Below are positions 43,895 to 52,902 of a stretch of 64,000 nt of DNA, one piece after another (positions within the stretch are counted from its first letter, which is position 1; the number at the start of each line of letters is the position of its first letter). The position numbers were made by a program, and so were the translations under genes. Origin of the DNA: a virus (Duplodnaviria > Caudoviricetes); IMG/VR virus record IMGVR_UViG_3300044709_000179, positions 32,001 to 96,000 of that record. One strand, 5' to 3'. The notes under the pieces are model-generated. The model worked only from the letters and a program-made list of their open reading frames with translations. It was not told the origin of the DNA and did no database searches.

Positions 43895-45140
43895 TGGCTT
43901 GGTCGCTTTCGTTCCGGAGGTGGGTGACGAGGTCGGTTCCGGCGCAGGCGGCTGAGGCCGCGAGCGTTTCGATCTGCCGGAGGGTGGCGCCGCGCTTCTG
44001 AAGTTCGTCGCGCTGACGGGCGATGGTGGCCATGCGTTCGAGACTCGGCTCACCGTGGGCAGCGCGGTGAAGGCTGCGGTAGGTCTCGACAGGGTCCGGG
44101 AGGTTGGTCGGCGGTGGCGGCGCTCCGGTACGACAGAGGGGGCACAAGGCCTGACCGGTGCGGGGGTGCTCTCGATCCCCGCCGGGTTCACCGTGCTGGC
44201 AGCGCGGACCCTTCCGCAGGCGCGTAATAGCCTCGACGGTTGCGGCCTTGGCTGCGGTCCGCACCTCGACAAGTTGGGTGCGCCACGGGATGCCGCCGTC
44301 GGCCGCGATCATCTCGTAGAGGCGAGTGCCTCGCGGCTTGGACGCGGCGATGAACGCCCGCTGGACGGCCCGCGCCTCCTCCTCGGTGATCTGTTCGTCG
44401 GCGAGGGTGTCGGCGATGAGGCGCAGCGAGGCGGGCAGCGTTGATGTTGATTGCGCGACTAACTGCTCTTCTGGTTGGTCGCTTGTAGATGGTCTATTGG
44501 TAGGGGGGTCCACTGGACCCTGTTTAACGGTTCCATTGGACCCTGTTTGAACGTCGTCGCGGGGTCCACTGGACCCTGTTTGGGATTCCCATACCGGGTC
44601 CACCGGACCCTCTTTGGCGGGGCATACAGGGTCCACTGGACCCTCGTTGAGTTCCGTCCATACCGGGTCCAGTGGACCCTGTATGAGCGCCTCGCCGGGC
44701 GCCTCCGACACGATCGGCTGGGCACCGTCATCGATGCCTCGCCGATCCGTCGGCCCCCTGCGGAGATCTTCTGGCGTAAGGATCGTCACAGGCTGCCAGC
44801 CACTTACCGGCAGTGTCAGTCGGTACACGTCCCCGCTGCCGTACCGCCGAGCGCCACCCTGGACTCGCTCCAGAAAGCCGTGTTCAATCAGTGCCGCCTT
44901 GACGGTCCGCACGTTCTTGATTGCGGACTCGGCGAGGGTCGCTACGGTCGTCTCGCTCGGTCGAACATCGGCCCCGTCGGGTCCGGCATGGCTGGCGTAG
45001 GCCCACGCGATAGCGCGAATGACGGCGCCGGAAACGCCGCCGCGGGTCCCCCTGCCGTTGCCCTTGATGATCCCCGTCCAGCGCGCGCGCAGCACCGCCT
45101 GCTCCCACTCGAAGCGGCCAGCGGGCCGGCGCCCGGTCAT
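43887..45140 (-). CDS. Replication initiator (lambda O-like, N-terminal winged HTH)
   Basis: VRPSETTVA...LIEHGFL...YRLT; internal iterons; directly upstream of dnaB. Confidence 0.75.
   Translation of the reverse strand: MTGRRPAGRFEWEQAVLRARWTGIIKGNGRGTRGGVSGAVIRAIAWAYASHAGPDGADVRPSETTVATLAESAIKNVRTVKAALIEHGFLERVQGGARRYGSGDVYRLTLPVSGWQPVTILTPEDLRRGPTDRRGIDDGAQPIVSEAPGEALIQGPLDPVWTELNEGPVDPVCPAKEGPVDPVWESQTGSSGPRDDVQTGSNGTVKQGPVDPPTNRPSTSDQPEEQLVAQSTSTLPASLRLIADTLADEQITEEEARAVQRAFIAASKPRGTRLYEMIAADGGIPWRTQLVEVRTAAKAATVEAITRLRKGPRCQHGEPGGDREHPRTGQALCPLCRTGAPPPPTNLPDPVETYRSLHRAAHGEPSLERMATIARQRDELQKRGATLRQIETLAASAACAGTDLVTHLRNESDQASA
44506..44680. repeat. Six palindromic iterons (origin) inside the initiator gene
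   Basis: GGGTCCA(C/G)(T/C)GGACCCT at 44506, 44529 (variant), 44562, 44596, 44629, 44665. Confidence 0.8.
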
Positions 45141-45721
45141 CGCGTGACCTTCTTGTTCAGGTAGGGCCGGTGTTCGGCGAGCAGCTCCTCTTCGAGGGCA
45201 AACGCGGCCTCGCGGTCCTCGCACCCGTAGGCGATCCACCACGCCAAGGCGTCCGGCTTTTGGCGACGGTGGGCATTGAACCGGGTCCAGAACGCCGCCG
45301 TGCTGCCCGTGTAGGCAGGTACCCATTGGCCGTCGAAAATGACGTAAGCCACGGGCGTGCCGGGCCCAGGGATGCGGTCATCTCGCTCGATCGGAAAGGC
45401 TCCGTGCCACGATCCATGTGGACCGTTTGGCGCGTGGCGAATTTCCATGGCTACGGCGTGACGGATTCGCTTGGAGGGGATGCTGACGTGCTCGTCCCAC
45501 ACCTTCGTGAAGCCGGGGCCGTGAAGCTCCTTGACCTCGTCGAATATGGCCAGCAGGTCACCGATGCCGATGACGCCGGTGCGATACATCCGGCCGATTG
45601 TGACCGCGAGTTGCTCCCACGACTCGTGACGCACCTCGGCCAGGCGTGCGATTCGGTCCTGGACGACCTCGATATGGCGGGCCGTAGCGGCGAGGTCCGG
45701 CCAGCACCACAGGGCGGTCAT
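45137..45721 (-). CDS. GIY-YIG nuclease domain protein
   Basis: VAYVIFD...AYTGST...RFNAH...E...RPYLN. Confidence 0.75.
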   Translation of the reverse strand: MTALWCWPDLAATARHIEVVQDRIARLAEVRHESWEQLAVTIGRMYRTGVIGIGDLLAIFDEVKELHGPGFTKVWDEHVSIPSKRIRHAVAMEIRHAPNGPHGSWHGAFPIERDDRIPGPGTPVAYVIFDGQWVPAYTGSTAAFWTRFNAHRRQKPDALAWWIAYGCEDREAAFALEEELLAEHRPYLNKKVTR

Positions 45722-45963
45722 TCCGCATCGCCCGCTTCGGCCTTCATTCGCCGCCGCAGGTTGGCGATAGCCGCCTCGGTTCGCCCAAGGTGCCGCGCGA
45801 TGTCCGCGACCTTCAGGTCGCGCCGGAGAGCCATCGCGACTTCGTCTGGCCACCAGGGCTCGCGGTTGTGGTCGTCGACTCCGCCGTAGCGTCGCTGGTA
45901 TGGGGGCATCCAGATGACGTCGGCAAGATGTTCGTGGTGATCGTGGTTGATTTCTGCAACCAT
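45718..45963 (-). CDS. Small HTH/SANT-like protein
   Basis: PWWPDE...DIARHLGRTEAAI. Confidence 0.65.
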   Translation of the reverse strand: MVAEINHDHHEHLADVIWMPPYQRRYGGVDDHNREPWWPDEVAMALRRDLKVADIARHLGRTEAAIANLRRRMKAEAGDAE

Positions 45964-46041
45964 GAGAGGGGCTCCTGTCCGAGCCTTCTTGGGGACCCGG
46001 CCTAGTCGAGGGGGCCGGGTTCTTCCCGTGTCGGGCAAGGA

Positions 46042-46380
46042 CTAGGCGGCGACCAGCGCGGTCAACTGCCGGAACTGGGCGCGGCGCGCGGCGAGGTCGT
46101 CACGGCGGGTCTGAATGATCCGCTCGGTGAGTGCCGCGAACTGCTGCTCGCGGTTCTCGATGTCAATCAGCAGGCGCGCGGCAGCACGGCGCTCACGGGG
46201 ATGGAGCAGCCCGTCGGGGTCAATGGCCTGTTCCTTTTCGCGAAGGCGGCGCAGTCCCTCGCGGGCCGGCGCGATGTGCGCCGCGCGCGCGGCCTCGTCG
46301 GCACCGTCAAGACGCTTGCGGATGCCGGCGGCGCCGGCTTCGGAGAGGCGCTGGCGCTTGGCCTCGGCAGTCTCGGTCAC
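46042..46380 (-). CDS. Hypothetical basic helical protein
   Basis: APAR...IDPDG.L...ER pattern. Confidence 0.6.
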   Translation of the reverse strand: MTETAEAKRQRLSEAGAAGIRKRLDGADEAARAAHIAPAREGLRRLREKEQAIDPDGLLHPRERRAAARLLIDIENREQQFAALTERIIQTRRDDLAARRAQFRQLTALVAA

Positions 46381-46722
46381 GATCGGGTCCCTTCGGGGTC
46401 CCCGCCACGCGCCTCGATCATCTGGTGCGGCCCGGCTGCTTGATGCTGGCCGGCTGTACACCTAGGCTGGTGTCGACGCATGGCGAAGCTGTGTCGTCGG
46501 TACCGGCGGGGCGCCGTATTTCACTTTGGCGAGTGGGCGCTCCGCCGGTTTCTTACTAGAAGCCAGACTAATGCTTCGGTGTCACTCTGCGCTACTCGAT
46601 GTGGCCGAGATTCGACGTGTCTTTTTCGCGTCCGCGCGAATCGCCCGAACTTGGGCCTGCCGGACCTACGTTCCGCCTGGCATAACGGGTTGAGCCCATC
46701 CACACGCGGACGGCGGCGACCC

Positions 46723-46760
46723 AAAAAAGGGCCGACTTGGATCGACCAACGCCTAGCCCT
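46723..46760 (-). terminator. Intrinsic terminator
   Basis: AGGGCTAGGCGTTGG-TCGAT-CCAAGTCGGCCCT-TTTTT. Confidence 0.65.
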
Positions 46761-46902
46761 GTCGATTACTTAGCGTGAGATCGGCACGAACCCCGGCGTG
46801 CTTTACGCTGCCCGCCTCTGCAATCTGACGCACTCCCTGCGATCGTAGATAAACGTTGCGATCAGGATTGTTTACAGTAGGCCTTGCGCAAGCGGTCCAT
46901 GG

Positions 46903-47097
46903 TCACCCGGCGTTACCGCCACCAACCCCCTCCCTCGCCGTCCAGACCACCCACTGCCCGCACCCACCGCACCGCGACTGCACGTGCGTTCGCGCCTTCT
47001 CCGCCATCCACGCGCTGCGCGCCGCGTACCCGTCGGGCATGTCGGCGTGCACGGCGACGTTCGGACACGGCTGCGGCTGGAACCGGTCGGCGGTCAC
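46903..47097 (-). CDS. Small Zn-ribbon protein
   Basis: QSRCGGCGQWVVW; GTGA-coupled. Confidence 0.6.
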   Translation of the reverse strand: MTADRFQPQPCPNVAVHADMPDGYAARSAWMAEKARTHVQSRCGGCGQWVVWTAREGVGGGNAG

Positions 47098-47528
47098 GGC
47101 TGCACCTCGGCCGGCTTCAGCCACCGCTCGAACATGCCCCAGATGACGGTCGCCCCAACGGCCTTGTCGCCGCGCCGCGCGTCCCGCCGTTCACACTCCT
47201 CCGGCGGCACGCCGGCCAGATCCACCACCTCGACGGTCGCGCCGACCAGTTCGGCGACTCCCCGCAGGCCGTTCATGGCCCGGTCGGACAGGTTCGTGTC
47301 GTCACACACCACGTCCCAGCCCGATTCCAGCAGCGCCGCCACCGCCGTGTGCTGTGCCGTGGTTACCGCCGACTCGTGCCGGTCGACGCCGGTCCAGCCA
47401 CCGAACATCATGGCCCGCAGGCCATCGCGATTGACCCGCGTCCGCTTGCCGGAGTCTTCGGCGACCCAAGCGCGGGCCCACGTGGTTTTGCCACTAGCCG
47501 GAAGCCCGCGGGTAAGTACGAGTTTCAC
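47094..47528 (-). CDS. AAA_33 / polynucleotide-kinase-like P-loop kinase
   Basis: RGLPASGKTTWA, RVNRD, VVCDDTNL, CERRDARR. Confidence 0.85.
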   Translation of the reverse strand: MKLVLTRGLPASGKTTWARAWVAEDSGKRTRVNRDGLRAMMFGGWTGVDRHESAVTTAQHTAVAALLESGWDVVCDDTNLSDRAMNGLRGVAELVGATVEVVDLAGVPPEECERRDARRGDKAVGATVIWGMFERWLKPAEVQP

Positions 47529-47767
47529 GTTGCCCCTCCTCGAACGCTCGCCGCCGGCCGGGTGAACTGCCGCAGCGATGCCTGCAACCAGACCAGCAGT
47601 GAGCACAGCGCGTCGACGTCCGGCCGCTGTCCGTCGGCGAGTCGCGTGAAGGTGGACGGTGATAGTCCGGTTTCAGCGGCCACCTGCCTCCACGACAGCC
47701 CGTCCTCGCCGCGCTGCTGGTCGAGGGCGGCGTAGAGCGCGGCGACGTTGAGGACGTGGCGGGCCAT
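47525..47767 (-). CDS. XRE-family HTH protein
   Basis: LSWRQVAAETGLSPSTFTRL. Confidence 0.85.
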   Translation of the reverse strand: MARHVLNVAALYAALDQQRGEDGLSWRQVAAETGLSPSTFTRLADGQRPDVDALCSLLVWLQASLRQFTRPAASVRGGAT

Positions 47768-48516
47768 CAGGCGGCGCCGCCGAATACGTCCAGGTCGTAC
47801 AGGTCCAACTGGCGACCGTCCACAGACCGAGGTTGGTTCTCCAGCGCCCGGCGACGAGCACTCACGACAGCCTCACTGATCTGCCGTGTCGAAGCGGTAG
47901 CCAGCCAGTCGGCCAGATAGCCGACCTGGATCCGGTCCAGCCACCCCAGCACCTTCGGCAGGTTGACGTCAGGCCCAAACACCAGATAGGTGCCATCCAC
48001 CGAGTCGCAGCCGATCAGGCGGGCGTACCAGAACCGGTTCCACGAGTTGACCCGCCCCATGTGTGTCCACTTGCCCCGACGGTTGGCTTCGGCGACCAAC
48101 TCCGCGGCCGGTTCGCCCAATTTCCAGGCCGTGTCGCCCCCGACGAACAGGGCGTCGAAGTCGCTCCACGGCACTGTCAGATCTTCGAGCCCATTCTGCG
48201 CGACAAACGCCACCCGGTAGCCGAGGCTGCGAATCTTGTCGAAGAACGGCGTTGAGCGGGCTAGGGTGGCCACGGCGTCGCCGAGGACGTCAGGGGCTGT
48301 CGCAAACACGCAGTACTCCAGATAGGAGCGCCGCCTGAGCCAGTCCAGGAAGCCACTGTCGCCGGGGTACCCCTTGCCGAAGCATCCATTGTCGACGCAG
48401 TGCGTGACCCCGCCAGGGATGAGGTTGCCCTGCGCCGGAGTGTCGATGGCGCCGAGCCGACCGGCCAACATGGCGCTAGTCACGGGCCCCGTGCTCGGAT
48501 TCGCGAAGTACCACAT
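47767..48516 (-). CDS. dpdA: DpdA-like 7-deazaguanine DNA transglycosylase (TGT fold)
   Basis: VDNGCF, APDVLGD, VAQNG, FVGG, HMGRVN, DSVDGT; directly after queD. Confidence 0.75.
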   Translation of the reverse strand: MWYFANPSTGPVTSAMLAGRLGAIDTPAQGNLIPGGVTHCVDNGCFGKGYPGDSGFLDWLRRRSYLEYCVFATAPDVLGDAVATLARSTPFFDKIRSLGYRVAFVAQNGLEDLTVPWSDFDALFVGGDTAWKLGEPAAELVAEANRRGKWTHMGRVNSWNRFWYARLIGCDSVDGTYLVFGPDVNLPKVLGWLDRIQVGYLADWLATASTRQISEAVVSARRRALENQPRSVDGRQLDLYDLDVFGGAA

Positions 48517-48874
48517 CGTCGTCACCGCCCCGGTAGGTGACACCCGACGTGCACGTCTCCCGAACGGTCACCGCCGCCAGCGGCAACGCTCCGGCGAGCC
48601 GTTCCCAGATCCAGCGGGCGACGTTCTCGCTGGTTGGGTTTTCCAGGCCCGCCACCTCGTTGAGGAACCGGTGGTCGAGGGCGTCGGCGACCGGCGCAAA
48701 CGCCACCTTGACCTCAGCGAAATCCATGACCCAGCCGCGTTCCGGGTCCACCTCGCCGCGGATGCGCACCTCGGCGCGGTAGGAGTGCCCATGCAGTCGC
48801 CCGCACTTGTGCGGCGTTGGCACGTTGGGTAGGTAGTGGGCAGCTTCGAACGTGAACTCTTTGAAGATCTCCAT
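48476..48874 (-). CDS. queD: 6-carboxy-5,6,7,8-tetrahydropterin synthase
   Basis: FTFEAAHYL, CGRLHGHSY, DF, LDHRFLN, NPTSEN, ET. Confidence 0.95.
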   Translation of the reverse strand: MEIFKEFTFEAAHYLPNVPTPHKCGRLHGHSYRAEVRIRGEVDPERGWVMDFAEVKVAFAPVADALDHRFLNEVAGLENPTSENVARWIWERLAGALPLAAVTVRETCTSGVTYRGGDDDVVLRESEHGARD

Positions 48875-49512
48875 CAGCGCACTCCGATGAGTTTGTGGGT
48901 CTGAATGCTGAGCGACCACTGCGGGTGCGCAAGGCAGTAGTCGATGGCGGCCCGCGTGTTGGCGGTCGCGTCGGGGCCGTCCATCGGTTGCAGCCGGAAC
49001 GACGCGAAGTCGAGGTGGGCATACCGCTCGGGCTCGGCGCCAACCTGCGGGTAGACGAGCTTCAGTTCGTCGCCTGCCGCGACAATAAGGTCCGTCCCGG
49101 CTTTCGGACTCACGCACACCCAGTCAATGCCGAGTGGCAGCGGCAGGATGCCGTTGGTCTCGATGGCCACCTCGAAGCCGCGTGCGGTCAGCGCCGCCAT
49201 GGCGCCGTCGTCGAGTTGAAGCGCCGGCTCACCGCCGGTGCAAACGACGAACGGGCGCCCGCCGCCGGGCCAGCAAGAGGCAACCGCGTTGGCCAACTCC
49301 TCCGGCGTGGCGAACCGTCCGCCGTCCGGCCCAACGTCCACGAAGTCGGTATCGCACCACAGGGAGCACGACGGGCCGCGCTTGCGGTCCCGCTCGTGGC
49401 CGGTCCACAGGTTGCAGGAGGTGAACCGGCAGAAGACGGCGGGACGTCCGGCGTGGTGACCCTCGCCCTGCAAGGTGTAGAAGATTTCCTTGACGCGGTA
49501 GCGGGTTCTCAT
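48874..49512 (-). CDS. queE: 7-carboxy-7-deazaguanine synthase (radical SAM)
   Basis: [14 protein letters not shown]...C...CDTDF, TGGEP, ETNG, VSPK, QTHK. Confidence 0.95.
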   Translation of the reverse strand: MRTRYRVKEIFYTLQGEGHHAGRPAVFCRFTSCNLWTGHERDRKRGPSCSLWCDTDFVDVGPDGGRFATPEELANAVASCWPGGGRPFVVCTGGEPALQLDDGAMAALTARGFEVAIETNGILPLPLGIDWVCVSPKAGTDLIVAAGDELKLVYPQVGAEPERYAHLDFASFRLQPMDGPDATANTRAAIDYCLAHPQWSLSIQTHKLIGVR

Positions 49513-50171
49513 CGGGCTACCGCCGGATCGTCGATGCCGACAGCCGCGAAGCCGGCGGCGCGAGACCGGCAGGCGTCGCACCGCGCGCACGGCTTCTCGT
49601 CGATCGGGTCGTAGCAGGACCACGTGGCGGCGAAGTTCACGCCGAGGTCGAGTCCGAGTCGGATAACGGCCGCCTTGTCGAGGTTGATGAGCGGCGTGTG
49701 GATCTGGACCGGTTCGCGGGTGGCGAGGCCTGCCAGTCGCGCCCATGCGTCGAAGTAGGCGGGTCGGCAGTCGGGGTAGCCCTCGTGGTCCTCCTGGTTG
49801 GCACCGATGAAGATGTCGCGGGCACCGACGGTCTCCGCGAAGGCGAGGGCGTACGACAGGAAGATGGTGTTGCGGGCGGGGACGTAGGTGGCGGGAATTC
49901 CGGCGGTGGGCTCTGTCGGCACCGCGATGGCGGAATCCGTGAGCGCAGACCCGCCAAATGCGCGCAAGCCGACGTCAACGTCGCGGTGACGACGCTCTAC
50001 CCCCGCGCTCCGAGCAGTTCGGCAGGCTGCGGCGAGTTCGATGCCGTGGCGCTGGCCATAGCGGAACGATAGGGGGTGCACGGCGAAGCCCTCCGACTGG
50101 GCAATGGCGAGCGTGACGGCGGAGTCGAGGCCCCCACTGAGGAGCACGACTGCGGGATGTTGCTGACTCAT
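49509..50171 (-). CDS. queC: 7-cyano-7-deazaguanine synthase
   Basis: SGGLDS, YGQRH, YVPARN, YPDCR, TWSCY...CARCDAC. Confidence 0.96.
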   Translation of the reverse strand: MSQQHPAVVLLSGGLDSAVTLAIAQSEGFAVHPLSFRYGQRHGIELAAACRTARSAGVERRHRDVDVGLRAFGGSALTDSAIAVPTEPTAGIPATYVPARNTIFLSYALAFAETVGARDIFIGANQEDHEGYPDCRPAYFDAWARLAGLATREPVQIHTPLINLDKAAVIRLGLDLGVNFAATWSCYDPIDEKPCARCDACRSRAAGFAAVGIDDPAVAR

Positions 50172-50800
50172 GCCGAAACTCCAACCGTTAGAAGGTCTTG
50201 GACTCGCGACCAGATCGCCTCTTCGAGCTCTTCCACCGCCCGCGTAGCGTCCAGCAGCAGGTACCGCTCGGGCGCCCGTGCCACGCAGTCCAGAAACCCC
50301 GCCCGCACCCGCTCGTGAAACGCCAAGTCTTCCCGCTCCAGCCGGTCCAGCACCCCATCCCGTGTGGCCCGTGCCAGCCCCACCTCTGGGTCGATGTCGA
50401 GCACGATCGTCAGGTCCGGCGTGAGCCCTTCTGTGGCCCAGCGCGACAGGTTGGCGACCACCTCCCGGTCCATGCCGCGCCCCGCCGCCTGGTAGGCCAG
50501 CGACGAGTCCACGCCGCGGTCCTGGACGACGACGGTGCCCGCTTCGAGCGCGGGCCGGACCACCTCGGCGACGTGCTGGGCCCGGTCGGCGGCGTACAGC
50601 AGTGCCTCCGTGCGTGGGTCCAGGCGTGACACGGGGTCGAGCAGCAGTTCGCGGATCACCTTGCCGGCGTTAGTGCCGCCCGGCTGGCGGGTCAGGACGG
50701 CGGAAATGTTGGCGGCGAGCAGGCGGGCGTGGAGGAGTTGGGCCTGCGTGGTCTTGCCACAACCGTCCCCACCGTCTATCGCGACGAATAGGGCGCTCAT
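50168..50800 (-). CDS. tmk: Thymidylate kinase
   Basis: [23 protein letters not shown]...[14 protein letters not shown]. Confidence 0.92.
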   Translation of the reverse strand: MSALFVAIDGGDGCGKTTQAQLLHARLLAANISAVLTRQPGGTNAGKVIRELLLDPVSRLDPRTEALLYAADRAQHVAEVVRPALEAGTVVVQDRGVDSSLAYQAAGRGMDREVVANLSRWATEGLTPDLTIVLDIDPEVGLARATRDGVLDRLEREDLAFHERVRAGFLDCVARAPERYLLLDATRAVEELEEAIWSRVQDLLTVGVSA

Positions 50801-51276
50801 CGCTTACCGCCGGGAGTGGTCCGATCGAAGTTGCACACCCAGCCCGGGGTTGACGCGTAGTGCCACTCGCGAATGCACCAAAGCGCGATTGTGTCGCCTG
50901 GCTTCACCAGTGAGCAGCGGGTGTCGTCACAGCGGTACTCACCGCCGTCACCTTGCAGGCGAACCGCGTAGCTCTGCGTGGTTCCGCCATCGCCACCCAG
51001 CATCCGTACTCCCACCTCGGCGATGGTGCCTTCGACGTGGCGGTACGAGTGGTACTCCCACTGGTACGGGTAGAGACCCCACGCAAGGAGGCCGACGGCG
51101 ATGACAGCGACCGAGGCCCCGGCGATCGCCATGCTGAGGCCGAGTAGCGGCCGGTCGTCGTATGAGTCGCGCTCCGGCATCCGGCGCCAGCGCAGACCGA
51201 CGAGAGCGCAGATAACTGAGGCGACGAGGATGGCCGCGGCGATGCTGACGCCCACGATGAAGTCAATGCTGATCAC
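50797..51276 (-). CDS. Two-TM membrane protein
   Basis: Two hydrophobic helices and a Cys-containing domain; start uncertain. Confidence 0.65.
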   Translation of the reverse strand: MISIDFIVGVSIAAAILVASVICALVGLRWRRMPERDSYDDRPLLGLSMAIAGASVAVIAVGLLAWGLYPYQWEYHSYRHVEGTIAEVGVRMLGGDGGTTQSYAVRLQGDGGEYRCDDTRCSLVKPGDTIALWCIREWHYASTPGWVCNFDRTTPGGKR

Positions 51277-51354
51277 GATGTGCCAATCTGGTCGGTGCCG
51301 GCAGTTCGGTGGCAGTTGGCCGAGCGGGTACCACACCGCCCCGCCCGGCCCGTC

Positions 51355-51624
51355 TCAGTCGTCGTTGGACTTGCTCGACGTCGAGCCGAGCGAAGGCATC
51401 ACCGCCATGAACAGCACCGCCCACCAGAAGCCGATGGTCGGAATCGTGTGCCACCAGTGCGCATGAGCGACGCCGACGGCCAGCATGAACAGCCAGCCCT
51501 TGAGGAAGGTCAGCATCGCGCTGACGATGATGCCCTGGACGAACTTGCCAAGGGCGGCGGCCCGTCGTTCGGAGCGACGACCGCGCTGGATGAGTCGGTA
51601 CGCCTCGGCGTAGTTGATGCTCAC
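51355..51624 (-). CDS. Membrane protein
   Basis: AAAGGA RBS; IPTIGFW. Confidence 0.7.
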   Translation of the reverse strand: MSINYAEAYRLIQRGRRSERRAAALGKFVQGIIVSAMLTFLKGWLFMLAVGVAHAHWWHTIPTIGFWWAVLFMAVMPSLGSTSSKSNDD

Positions 51625-51663
51625 GGGGATCCTTTCGTGGTGCGGGTTGGCGGGGTGGTAGAT

Positions 51664-52191
51664 CTAGGCGGCAGTAGCTTCCTCGACGACGTCCACGAGC
51701 GACATCCCGAGCACGCCGCCCAGGGCGCGCCACAAGCGCATCGGCGTAGCCGTCTTCAGCTCGCCGACCGGGTTCTCCATACGGTGAACCGCGCTCTCGC
51801 CGGCGCCGATCAGCGCGCCGAGTCGGGCGAGGCTGAGCCCCTGCCGAATCCGCTCGGCTCGGACTCGGGCCATCAGATGCGAACCAAGGTAGGTCGGGTT
51901 GCCGGTCTGCGCGAACATCGCCGCCATGGATGTCGCGCACCGGTCCTCGACCTCCGGGAGTCCATCGAAGCGGAACGCCAGGTCGGTGCCCAGCCCGACG
52001 GCGGCGCGATGCAGGGTGGAGACGAACACGTTGGGATGCGGCCAGCGCTCCAACTCGCACAGGCGCGGCGGGCTGGTGCCCATGCGGTGGCTCATCTCGA
52101 CCAGCGAGACGTGTGCGCTGAGGCGACGCCGACGCAGGTCGTCGGCCAGCGTCTGGATGGTGGCCTCGTCGTCTGGGTGTGGCGGGTTCAT
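51664..52191 (-). CDS. Tandem XRE-HTH protein
   Basis: Two HTH repeats (VSLVEMSHRMG; LSLARLGALIG). Confidence 0.75.
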   Translation of the reverse strand: MNPPHPDDEATIQTLADDLRRRRLSAHVSLVEMSHRMGTSPPRLCELERWPHPNVFVSTLHRAAVGLGTDLAFRFDGLPEVEDRCATSMAAMFAQTGNPTYLGSHLMARVRAERIRQGLSLARLGALIGAGESAVHRMENPVGELKTATPMRLWRALGGVLGMSLVDVVEEATAA

Positions 52192-52892
52192 GCCGCTACC
52201 TGCGCGCGGGCCTGCCACATTCGGGCCTTCTCGTTGCTGATCCGCAATGTGTTCCTGACGCTGGACCAGCGGTTGGCGGGAACGTGGTCGCGGAACAACA
52301 CGACCTTCTCGGCGTCGGACAGTTCGCCGAACGCGCGCTTGCCCTTCAACGCGAGACTGATGGCCACCTCGTCGACCGTAGGCGCCGGCACCACCCGGAT
52401 GCCGAGGCGCCCACCGAGGGCGCGGGCGTAGCGCTGATACGTGGACAGCAGCAACTCCCGGTCGGTCGCCTCGATCTTCCCGACCGCCGTGACGTAGAGC
52501 CCCATGCGAGCGGCAACGTCCGCCTGCGACAGGCTCCGCGCTCGACGGACGTCCGCCAGTTGCCGGAGGAGGTCGGTGCGGTGCCGCGCGTCGGCTTCGC
52601 TCGGCGACAGGTGCGGATATTCGGGCAGGTCGGATGCGTCGAGGCGCAGCAGTCGGAACCGGATGGCCCGATCGAGACCGCGGGCGTGGCGCTGCACGTT
52701 GGCGACGATCGAGTCCTGGATCTGGAACGACTCCGCTTTCGAGATGACCGACTCCGACACGCCGATGTCTTCGGCGACGTCCAGTTGGGTCATGCCGAGG
52801 TCGACGCGGATCTGCCGGAGGCGCTGCGCGAGCGCTCGGCGGGACGCGATGTCGGCGGGGTAGTGCGGGGCGCGCGGGCCGGTCTTGGTCAT
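52188..52892 (-). CDS. Tandem XRE-HTH protein
   Basis: MTQLDVAEDIGVS; LSQADVAARMG. Confidence 0.8.
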   Translation of the reverse strand: MTKTGPRAPHYPADIASRRALAQRLRQIRVDLGMTQLDVAEDIGVSESVISKAESFQIQDSIVANVQRHARGLDRAIRFRLLRLDASDLPEYPHLSPSEADARHRTDLLRQLADVRRARSLSQADVAARMGLYVTAVGKIEATDRELLLSTYQRYARALGGRLGIRVVPAPTVDEVAISLALKGKRAFGELSDAEKVVLFRDHVPANRWSSVRNTLRISNEKARMWQARAQVAA

Positions 52893-52902
52893 GGCGGTCT
52901 CC

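Noticed and set aside
44506-44680. CRISPR-like array of palindromic repeats
   Set aside because: Repeats are 15-16 bp with 7-20 bp gaps, lie inside an ORF and have no cas genes; iterons explain them better
46480-46773. 97-aa + strand ORF in the intergenic region
   Set aside because: No clear RBS, atypical codon usage, overlaps hairpins and terminator
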